Source: Blepharisma stoltei ATCC 30299
Lineage: Eukaryota > Protista > Ciliophora
Reading direction: 5' to 3'
Assembly (NCBI GenBank): GCA_965603825.1
Contig: CBFDEM010000038.1
Location: forward strand, 372,001-436,000
Length of the DNA stretch: 64,000 bases
The notes below the pieces were generated by a model, which saw nothing but the letters and a program-made list of their open reading frames with translations, was not told where the DNA came from and did no database searches. This document shows, one piece after another, positions 49,076 to 59,949 of this stretch. How positions within the stretch are numbered: position 1 is the stretch's first letter; each line of letters starts with the position of its first letter. A program made the position numbers and the translations under genes.

Positions 49076-52000
49076 ATGTATGCGAGCTCACAATTCAATT
49101 TATTTGAAAATCGAAGCATTCTTGAAGTTAATGTAAATCAAGGTTTTTTTAAAACTTGGGAATTGTTTTTGCTGGAAACTTTCGGTAGAATTTTCCATCC
49201 AACTTATAATAAAAACATAAAATTCCAGCATCAAATTGTGACAGAAATTTTTATTAATTTGATAATTGGCTTACAAATGATTTCTATTACGTGATATAGC
49301 TCAATGGATATATCAGAGTGAGATTATTACTGTACATTTTGAAAAGTTTTAGGATATATAAATTTTTGCAGTCTTTGTGAAGTGTTACAGATTACTGATA
49401 TTTGTTTATACGGTATGATTTTGGGAATAGGTTATTGTATTTTATGTATTTTACTTTTGTTTTTATTATGCTTTTTCAAAAAGAAAATTCATATAATAAT
49501 ATTGTTTGTCTTAAGCAGACTCTCAGAATTTTTATCTACTATATTTTACATTCCCTGCACATTAATGCTAGGATTACTATTTAAATATTCATTATTAAGC
49601 TATTCCACAGTTTCAGAGTTTTCAGGGAAATATGATGCCTCTAAAATAAACCTGGGTCCAGGAGGAGTATTTTTAAGCATTATTCTTATGTGTTTTTTAT
49701 TTTTAATTGCTTGAACTTACAGCTTATTTACAGCAGATATTCGACATTTTTATGTAAATAAAAATTTCCTATCAAAATCTAATACCTCATTTGATTTGTA
49801 TTTTTTGATATTTATTACAGTTGAATGCTGACTTTTCGTATTTTTTGGAAGTTATAGTACTTTGTATTACCAATTTGCCTTATTTTTCTTATCACTTACT
49901 GTATTTTTTTCAGTTTTTTATTATTTACCTTATTATAACCCTCTAGAAAACGGAATCAAAGCATTTCTTATGCTGAGCTTATCCACTGCTTCAGGATCTT
50001 TTTTATTTGGGAGGCTAATTGACAATTCATTAATAACGATTCTTCTCAATATTTTTCTTCAGCCATTGCTATGCTATTTAGTTATCCGAAAAACCAAACT
50101 CAATTATTCATTACTGAAATTCCAATACAAAACTCCTGACAACCAATTTGAATTTGAAAGGCAATTAAGGCACCTCCTCTGCGACCCAGATTTGCCAGAT
50201 CCATTTGAAATTGTTAATTCTTTTACGAAAAGCTATTTCAATTGCAAATTCAGAAAAAATAAACTATTTGTGGCATGGGAAGTAAATTTTTGCCTTTATA
50301 TAATAAAAGATGAAAGATTAGCAAGAATTAAGCTCACACAAATTTTGGCCCAAACCGCAAGCTATGAAGGGAATATACAATCATGAAGGACTATGAAATA
50401 TATCGATGAAATGAGCTCTCAGAATTTTAATGATATTATTTATTTGGAATATTTAACTGATTTGTACAGAGTCAGAAGACAGGATGAAGAATTATGCTAT
50501 TTATTAATTGACTTATGGGGAGAATTATCAATTAAAACTCCGAGATTTAATAAACTTTATAGTTTGGTGATACAAATTTCAGATGAAATTTCAGAAATCC
50601 GTAAAGTTTATGATGTTCTGGTAACTAAGCACAAGCATGTACAGATTTTTGACCAGTATATATCATTTTTAGAAAACATTTTAAGTGAGTCTGAATATGC
50701 AAATACTATAAATACACGAAAAATAGGCCTGCAGCATGCTTTTGACTTAAAAAAAGGTGATGAAATTTTGCTGAACCCTTATAGCGAGAAAAATGGGATT
50801 ATTTTAATTTCTGCTAATGACAGCTCGTTTGGATTAATAGCTTATATAAATGAAAAAGCTGCTCAATTTTTAAGGATTTCTACAAGTGAGGCTATTGGCA
50901 ATGGATTTTCTCAGTTTATCCCTTATCCTTACTCAATAGGCCATGATTGGTTTATGAAAGAATTTTTCTCAAAATGCTCTAAGACTGAAATTATCAAAAG
51001 AAATTGGCTTTTTATGCAGAATTTATTGGGTTATTTATTTGAATGCAAATTCCTTATAAGGCTAACAGCTTTAAATCATTGTGCTTATATTTTAGTCTCA
51101 ATGAGATCTAGAGAAACCACAAGACAGCTTGCAGTAGTCACTGATGCAGGCTATATCTATAATTATAGTGTATTATTTCCTCATTATATAGGTGCAGGCA
51201 ACCAAAATATAAGGCAAAAATACTTGACAGATTTTATCCCTAATATACATATATCAGAAATGGCTGTATGCGAGCCTTATGTTTACTATGTAAATGGTCA
51301 AGAGCTAGTATTTGCTCATAGGACGATTCAGCTGAGAATTGCATTTATTCATGTTCTTGTAGTAATAAGTGATGAAAACGAAATGCAAATGTGAAAAGAA
51401 AGGAGAGACCCAGACCAAATTGAGTATTTTGGGACAAGTGATGCAATTATTGATAATACTGTCATCCAAAAAACTCCGAGTTTTTCTATAAGTAAAATCA
51501 CTAAGCTTGGCAAGGTAAAATTCCAAGACCTTCAAGAAATTGACTCAGACTCAAAAAATTCTGATCTGCTTAACCAAGAAAATGACTCTAAAAAGCACCT
51601 TTTAGAAGATTCTTTAAAATACCTGAACGAAACTGATGTATTGCTAGAAGAAGAGCGAGCTGATTCGGTCTTACAAAAAGGGTCCCAAAATTCTTCCTCA
51701 AGTCACTCTCAAATAGCAATTACTCAAAAACTCGTCAATAGTACTACTAGGTATATAAAAATTTTTGAACAAATTTTATTTATTTCAATTTTAACTACTA
51801 TAAGCATGAATATTGGGATTTTAATTTACACATATCAAGACGCTAATCATGCAAGCGAATTATCTCTTTATGCTCATTTTGGAGAGCTTTGATATAGATT
51901 TAGCAGCATGAGTGATAATGTAAGGACCTTATGATTAGAACAAAATTATGGGGTTTTTAATATTTCTAGAGACCTTGGCATACTTAATGATACAATTAAT

Positions 52001-53338
52001 ATGCTAATTTACATACAAGGGGAATTATTAAACGATTTGCCTGAATGAGATTATTGTGCAGCCTCAAAAATAGTTTCTGAGTCTAAAATAGGAGTTTGGA
52101 ACTTACAAGGGTCGCCTCACTTGGAATTTTTTAATTTATATGATACTGTCCAATTGTTCATTTCAGCTGTAAAATATACATAGGGACAAGCAATTATCTC
52201 AAAAATTAATAAAAAGGAGCCAATCATAGGCGAAGCGAGATTTATTATGATTAACAGTTTAGGGTACTCTTACGCTGCAATCGGTAACACCTTTAATAGT
52301 CTAGTTACTTGTGAAGTTGACAGAGTAGACACAATTGGGGTAAAAATCTCCATATTTTCATATATTGGAATAGCCATTGTAGGCCTATTCAATATTGCTC
52401 TTATATATTATGTGCTTTTAATCAACAAAACATATGATAATTTTTGGAATTTTGTAAGAAAATTATCGTCTTTGTCATATGTTGATTTAAGAGCTGCTTG
52501 TATTGATAGACTTTCGACCATTCATGGAATAGACTATGATCTTCTAGACGACGCTATTCATTTTCGCTCCCTAGGCCATGAAAATAAAATCCTTAAATCA
52601 AAAATTTACAAAAAATATCTGTATAACTTATTGATTTTTTTTATTATTGGATGCTGATATTTTTTATTTACAAAATATTATTTATATGATAACTGTAGAA
52701 AATCTATGATAAATAGGCCTTATTTATTACAAAATTTTGCATATAAAAGAGTAGCGCTATCAAGGCTTTCGTTGTTTTCGATAGATACATTCGTTAGACA
52801 ATATGCAAATTGGTTCCCGATTTCATATGATTTTGGGAATTCTTGGTATGAGAATCATGAAGCATCTTTAGTTTTGGATGAAGAAAATATTAAATCAAGA
52901 ATAAGTATATTTAAAGAGCTCATGTCAGAAGGCTTAAAAAAGAGAATTTTCAAAGGAGTGGATTCAGATAATCAAATCCTAAGTTTTGGGACCTTAACAG
53001 CATCTAATGTATTTTATTTCGATTCCGTTGACATAGCAGCAGTGACAGGCCAAAAAAGCATTGAGGATGTTGAAGAATTTATTAGAGGCATTTATCAGCT
53101 TCAGACAGAAATGGGGGTAAATTTTGACATGGCAAACCACGATTCTAAAAATTTAATTGACTTGCAGCTTAGCTATATTGTAAACACAGCTATTGGATTT
53201 TCTATTACTTTATTGATGCTCTTTTTTGCTTATTATTATCCTTTATTAAGGCACGAAAAAATTGCTTTAGAAAAGCTGCAAGTGATGACAGCTTTAATAC
53301 CTCGCTCAAATAATAATTTAAAAGGTCTCACAATATAG
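49076..53338 (+). CDS. Multi-pass membrane PAS-domain protein (TmcB-like), copy D (~1415 aa, 1 tiny intron), inverted relative to A-C
   Basis: Seven ORF fragments in one frame; same DERLARIKL, PAS (GLIAYINEKAAQFL...IPYPYSIGHD) and C-terminal motifs. Confidence 0.8.
52169..52183 (+). other. 15-nt intron GTAAAATATACATAG
   Basis: In-frame TAG at the family-conserved intron position. Confidence 0.87.
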
Positions 53339-53549
53339 ATTTAGAAATTTAATTTAAAAAACCCTATTTTGTATTATGCTTAGCGATTTTAATAATCTAT
53401 AGAATTTCTTTTTCATATAAATTAAGAGGAGTCTCAAGCCTTTGTAAAAATATATAATTAAATTAAAATCTTCAAATATTAAGTTTTTGTAACAGGGAAA
53501 TCTTTATAATCTTAAGATAAGCTATATATAATTTGGTGATACAATAAAA

Positions 53550-54146
53550 ATGGGAGGAAAAAGTTCAAGCCAACAGCTCGAAGACACGATCTTTAATATG
53601 AGATTAGCTTCAAAGCAGCTTCAAAAAGAATCACAGCGAAGCGAAAAAGAAGAAAAAATCGAAAAAGATAAAGCCAAAAAATATCTCGAAAAAGGTCTAA
53701 TTGACACTGCCAGAATTTATGCCGAAAATGCTATAAGAAAGAAAAACGAAGCCTTAAATTATCTAAGGCTATCAAGCAAAATGGATGCGGTCTGCTCCAG
53801 AATACAATCAGCAGCAAGGACTGAAAATATGACTCATCAGTTTCAAAAGGTGATTCCTCAGATGAATAGAGTTCTTCACAATATGAACTTAGAAAACATC
53901 AGCCAGACCATGAATCAGTTCGAAAAATGTTTTGAAGATTTAGATGTGGCTTCTGGGTATATCAATGAATCATTGAATTCTACTACTACAGTTTCGACAC
54001 CAAAGGAGCAAGTTGATTCTCTTCTAGGGATGATCGCGAGCGAGCATAACATTAATGTTCAGGAACAGCTAGGGGAGACTCCTTTAACGGGCGGCGCGAA
54101 CTTAACTGAAGATCAGATGAAGTCGAGATTTGAAAGATTAGGGTAA
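53550..54146 (+). CDS. CHMP1: ESCRT-III protein CHMP1/Did2 (Snf7 family)
   Basis: ARIYAENAIRKKNEALNYLRLSSKMDAV, MNLENISQTMNQFEKCFEDLDV and a C-terminal MIM. Confidence 0.92.
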   Translation: MGGKSSSQQLEDTIFNMRLASKQLQKESQRSEKEEKIEKDKAKKYLEKGLIDTARIYAENAIRKKNEALNYLRLSSKMDAVCSRIQSAARTENMTHQFQKVIPQMNRVLHNMNLENISQTMNQFEKCFEDLDVASGYINESLNSTTTVSTPKEQVDSLLGMIASEHNINVQEQLGETPLTGGANLTEDQMKSRFERLG

Positions 54147-54787
54147 TTTATAGAGGAATTATGATAATCTGAGCATAAAATGGTAGCTTTAATAAAAAGA
54201 AGCAAGCATATGAAGCGTAAATATATTGAAATAGAGATAGAAGAGATAAAAATATGTGAATTATTGAAAAAAATATGTGAGCTTAAATTTTACTTTCATC
54301 AGTACAAGAAAATGCTATTTTAAATCAACAAGAAATATTCATCTTATACAGTTATATGTAATTAAGTTAAAATTAATATTTAAATCGTCATTATTTGTTA
54401 AATTATTTTCTAGCACATTTAAGATTTTCAAAAAATTTGATCTGGAGCATATATTGTTAAAGATACAAATATTTAGACCATTTATAAAATATCAAAATAA
54501 TAAAATACAATTTTATGAAATGTTTAGAAGTTATACTAGATTTATATATTAAAATAATCAAGATTTTCTTTAAATATTTGTATTTAATATAGACCTTAAA
54601 AATTATGTTGTCAATATTTATATTACTTCTTTTGATTCATCTATATTTGTACTATAAATTAAATCTAAAACTTTTGTATTAAATTCAAGATTATATTTTT
54701 GTGGTAATTCCTTAATCTAATTATTTTCAAATGCTTTCTTATAGTTTTCTTGATATCTCTCAATTATGTAATAATTTTCTGTAATAT

Positions 54788-55972
54788 ATGAATCTTTTGC
54801 AACCTCCCACAATTCTATACTCCCCAGGAAGCACAAGTGTCAAATCAACCCAAAAAGTTCTCAAAATTAGACGTCGCGTCCAGCCTGCACAAAATTTAGA
54901 TAATGCTGCAACTCATAAAATAGTCAAAGTTGCTCACAAAGCAATCAAGCCAAAACCATCTGAAATTCCTCTGCCTGGGTCAATGGAAGAAGATTTTTTA
55001 TTAGAAAGTGAAGGAAATCCTATTCACTTTTTGCGAGTGAAAAATCCAAGTACAGGAAATTTTGAAATGAATCACAGGATATTCCGTGCTGACTATTCTG
55101 AAGACCCAAAGCCACCTGCTTCAAAAACTCCAAAAACCATTGAATTTTTTACTAAAATCAAAAAATCTGTAAAGGTTCTAGCTGAAAACGAGAGTCCACC
55201 GCCCCTAAAAGTATCAAGCCTTCGTAATTTATTCCGCAAACAAACTTCTCTAGTAAGCCCTGAAGCAAAATACAATGAAAAATTAATGCAAATTAAAGAA
55301 GGCATGAAAAAAGAAGCAGAAACTGAAGAAAAACTATTAAAATCTTTAAAAACAGGCCAAAGGATAACTGAAACAAAGCAAACTCACTGCCTAGAAAATT
55401 ATTATTCAAAAACTAATTATTGGCATAAAATTGCTGAAAATTTATCACAAAAAGTGAATAAACAGCCACAAGATTTAATGCTAAATTCAGCTCCTAATTT
55501 TAGGCAGAAAAAAGAAGAATGCGAGCTTCTCGATAAAATTTCTCCATTAAGGGATAAATATGGAAATTTAGCATGATATTTGACACTTAGGCAATGGCCT
55601 GAATCAGAAATACCTGGTGAAGTATGAATTCCTATAGGTAGCCAATTAACTGGTCTTTATACACCAATTCGCCATAGATGTAATACAGCTCAGGAAGTTA
55701 TAAGAACTGTAGGGTCACATGCCAGCTCTAGGGGAAGTTTACGATCTTCTCAGTATTTTCGAAGAAAAATTAAAGAAAATAGACAAAAAAAAGAAGAAAT
55801 TTTAATTGACAATGAATTTGATGATATGATGGTTCAAGGTGAAGCAAAATTCCCTATTGAAAAATCAGCTGCTGAGAATATAGGAGTCAAATTTGTGACA
55901 ACTGATATTGGAAACAATATTTTGCCAGAGCAGACAATTGAATTGAATTATGAAGTAAAAGTAAAATATTAA
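54788..55972 (+). CDS. Protein resembling the N-terminal region of MYCBP-associated protein (~394 aa)
   Basis: W....L...V.K...DLMLNSAPNFRQKKEE...W(TGA)YLTLR...PIG..LTGL pattern. Two TGA=Trp extend the ORF to TAA at 55970. Confidence 0.55.
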
Positions 55973-58026
55973 TAGGGTAAAATCAAATAAATCTTATTAA
56001 AATTAATTCAAATTAATTATTAGTAGGAATAAATCGGTGCAGATAAATATGGGAGTGGTATTGTGGCAGCAGAGCTAAATAAAGCAAAAACGCTGAGAGA
56101 TGAGAAGATAAATAAATTTTAGACTTGATTAGAGGCTTATAGTATAAGCACCTTTGTAATGCAAACTTTAGAAATGGTTAAATCTTACAGTTTTATGCAG
56201 TTCTAAAGGATATTGGATATTAATTTGCATAATTTTTGAATAGCTATAGTCTGGATCATATTCCACGCCAGTCAATGAATTTCTAATAAAGAAAATGGTT
56301 TCTCAAAATAAAATTTGATCCTAATTTTTTATATAAAACTTATCAATCACATAAAAACTAAACTGACTCATGCCAAGCAGGATAATTTCGTGGGTTATAA
56401 TTTTTTAAAGTCATGCTCTATGTTAGGGTCTCGATTTATTTCTTTAGCCTAGAATTTAGCTGAAAAGATTAAAATGACTAACTGATCTGACTTATGACTC
56501 TTATAGCTGGTGATCTAGAAGGTAGCGAGACTTTGAGGAAAGCAGCGCAGCGTTAGATATATGTATCAGGATAGGGTTCACTAGTGCAGGTGAAGGCTTC
56601 AAGAGTTAATTCTTGGCAGGTGCTACTCTTGGAAAGCAGTTGGAACTGGTTCTGCTGGTAGTGCCTTATGTATCATTTTATTCTTGCACTATGCAATCCC
56701 GTTTCTCATAGATATAGGCTCTCGCACGTATATGAAAATTACTTCTCAAATAGCTGCACTATTAAGAAAAACTTCAAAAAACCTTTCTAAAAATTGTTTT
56801 ATGAATCATTTTTAGTTACAATGCTAGGAGTGCTCAATTTAATTACATGATGATTCCTCATATTCAATATATACGGTATCTCTTATAATTCATAAGAGCC
56901 TTTATTTTTTATTATATAATCATCATTACTTGCTTATTCTTTGCATTATTGGCTGGAGTATGCAGTCATATCCTTTATAAAGCAAACTTCTCAATTTCCA
57001 TCTTGAAACCATGAAGCCTATAGGATCTTTTTGTGCTGAATATATATTGCCTCATTCGATAAGAATTTTCTTTTTATAACAGCCTAAGAAAACATTGGGA
57101 ATTGAAAGGAGCTATTATAGTGCAATAAATAATAAAGGCAGAGTGGCTTAAAACTTTTCAATAATTAAAGTTCTATTGCTTTTTAATCATCATTCAAATC
57201 TACTCGACTTCTTATAAAGTCATTAAAGGTTTATTACAGCCTTAAACAAAAAATTAAGTCAAAAAATTTTAATTCAAAGCTTCATTTTCTTAGCTAAAAT
57301 TCAAAAAATATGCCTACATCATTAATTTTACTAATTCTTTTATTAGAAAAGCCTATATAAACTAAATGGCAAGGCAAACTCAGCAATGGGCTCTTCTTTT
57401 GGTTTTCTGTCTTTATTTTGGCAACTCAGAATTTTCTCCATATGCTCGCTATATTCTTACTTAAAATAGTTTATCGAGTGAGAAAATAGCAGGAACAAAA
57501 GTCCTTCTTTTTATCCACTTCAGCTAGCTATGCACGTCTGCTAAATGTGGATATTTAGGAGTTCTCAAAGTGCTGCAAGTTGTAGATTTTCGAACTGCGA
57601 TTTCTGCATTACTTCTAAAATTGGTCTTAGTTGCTACGCTTTCCAAAATAAACTCTACTTGTAGGTTATATAAAATAAAAACGAAGAAAGTTGACTCAAC
57701 CCTTAAATTTGGACAGGTATTTAAGGATTAAGCTGGAAGGACTAAAAAGCCTATAGGCTCGAGCTCATTCAAATTAAAGAATGAGATAAGGCACTAAGAC
57801 GGATTAATTAAATTTCTAATGAGCTTTATTGAGGCTCTAACCTTCTCATAATAAATGCTCGCTTTTACCATCTTTATCAAGAGATAAATTCTATTTCCAC
57901 AAAGCTTTGCTGCTCCCCATTGTCTTGTTAATGAACGCAATAAAGATTCTAATATCGAGAAAGTGATCACCTATGTAATAGGCAAAAATATTTTCAATAT
58001 AATAATTGTTTCCCAGGCTCTATTAA

Positions 58027-59440
58027 GAACCTGGTCTCATTCAATCACCATTAATTGTCTTCCTTGCTCTCTTGCAGACAATAACAACGACTAGTAATAT
58101 AGATAGTTGGTTTGCACGACATGATTATATTAGTGACAACACTAAAATCCGTTCTTTTAGTGGAAATTACTACATGGTAAGTAAGCCAACAACTGATATT
58201 AGAAGTAATGTTTTATGCTACGCAATGACCTTGAGCGGCGAAGCATGAGGCTTCGAAACAGACTTTTCAGGCCTAATTACTGGATTGAAAGAATTTGCAT
58301 TGGGCTATTGACTAAAGCTTTCAAATACTGTCAGTAATAAAGTGCTCCAAATTGGAACCGATTCTGGTCCTCATTATACCATCTCATCAGTGGATAATGG
58401 CGTTTTAAATGGAGTTTACTACAAAGACACCTCAGCAACTGACCCTAGCAACAATTTTTCATTTAAAATTCCAATAAGTAATTTTTACATAGATGAGTGG
58501 ATCGGCATTGCATTTAATTTTCAAGAATCAAATTCAGTAGTTACATTAAATATTCTAATTACTACTAAAGGGAAAATATCTATAACTTCTGATGCAAACT
58601 CATTAGCAACTTTTAAACTTCCTGAAGGTTATTTCTTTCTCAGTAATTCAGTTAATGGGATCATTTCTCATGCATTTATAGCAGAAAGTGCTGTTTTTGA
58701 AGGTTCAGAATATAGAGAACTTAAGACTGGAGTTCCTGGCTCCCAAAATTGAAGTAAAGAGACTACAATTTGTACTGCTGATTGCGCTGATGATGTCTGT
58801 GATTTTTCAAATTCCTGTACTTCCAGTTATACTCTATGTGGGTGCCTGACATCACAATGCGATTCCTGCTCTGAGCCAGCTCGCGATCCAAGTCAATACT
58901 GCTTGAAATGCGTATCTAGACATTCATTTAAGAACCATCACTGTATTTTTTACTTTAGGCTGCTCTGACGATCTTGCTAATTGTCTTGATTGCTCACCCT
59001 TATCAGGCACTATTTGTACTTTATGTGAAGCAGGCTACTTCCTCTACAATAACGGATTAGGCACTGTATCTTGCATCTGTAATTTTTATTTAGCTTGCGC
59101 TGACTCCTGCACTTATTGCTCCCCAAATCCTCAGTGCTTTCTATGTTCTTCATTAATCGTTCAAGCAGGAGATACTTGCAGAGTTGATAGTATTGGCTAC
59201 CAAATCGGCTTCAGCAAATCAAATATCGAAATTGACTTCGCTAACGCTCTGACTACTGATTTTACATTAAGCTCCATTACTGCCTATTCAGATGCTTCTC
59301 CTTCAACGCCTTTAACAACAATTGGATGGACGCTTAATGAATGCAAAGCAGGCGCAACTCAGTGCAGTATTAAGACTGACATTAAAGAAAGCCAGCTCCC
59401 AATTAGTCTTGATTTAGAATTCAATCAAGTCTCAGCATAG
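58027..59440 (+). CDS. Secreted/surface protein with a LamG-like domain and Cys-rich (furin-like) repeats; start uncertain; 2 tiny introns
   Basis: The frame is open from 58027 with a signal-like LIVFLALLQT, then FALGY-W-LK, DEWIGIAF and CxxC repeats. Frame is restored by introns 58943-58958 and 59079-59093; TAG at 59438. Confidence 0.65.
58943..58958 (+). other. 16-nt intron GTATTTTTTACTTTAG
   Basis: Removal keeps the Cys-rich reading frame. Confidence 0.75.
59079..59093 (+). other. 15-nt intron GTAATTTTTATTTAG
   Basis: Matches the intron consensus and falls at a Cys-repeat boundary (SCI|SCADSC). It has no in-frame stop, so support is consensus only. Confidence 0.65.
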
Positions 59441-59949
59441 GATAACTAATCCTCTTTATTAAATCTATGTTTTATGTCTCCATAGTAAACATTTTAAAAG
59501 TTATTTCTTAAAATTGCTTTATGTATTATTTTGATCATAAGTATCAAGAAATCCTTACGATTAAAAATTGCTTTATTATTTATTGCTATTATATTAGAAA
59601 GTATTTTTATCTTAATTTTAGATAATTTCGAGGATATTATCATTTATAAACTTTCTAAGATAAATTTTGAAAAACTAACCCAAGAGCATAATGCCCCAAA
59701 ATGACGAAAGAATTATCAGATTTCGGATCTTTTATAATATATGGACACTTAGTTTTTATAAAAGTGGTTCATATTGAGAATCAATTTTCGTGCGCAGGAT
59801 AAAAATTCGCTTAGTTAGACAAATTTGCAGTCATTATTTTGATGTAAAAATTCCAAAAATTTTATCTCTGTCTCCCCTGATATTTTGTTTTATCAAAATC
59901 ATTTTTTAAAGTTTACATTATAAGAAGCACTAAATAGGAGATATTGAAG

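Noticed and set aside
54277-54552. Short AT-rich ORFs (also 47266-47448, 19853-20110, 23015-23245)
   Set aside because: Intergenic composition or overlap with real genes, often non-ATG starts, and no motifs.
55961-55975. Possible 15-nt intron GTAAAATATTAATAG over the stop codon
   Set aside because: It lacks the position-10 A seen in every other 15-mer and would change only the last few residues; unsupported without RNA.
56421-56428. TGTTAGGG, a Blepharisma-type telomeric unit
   Set aside because: Single 8-mer, expected by chance; no tandem array.
56450-57750. Possible decayed genes in GC-richer patches
   Set aside because: Stops occur in the frames I translated and no family motif was recognisable, so no feature was called.
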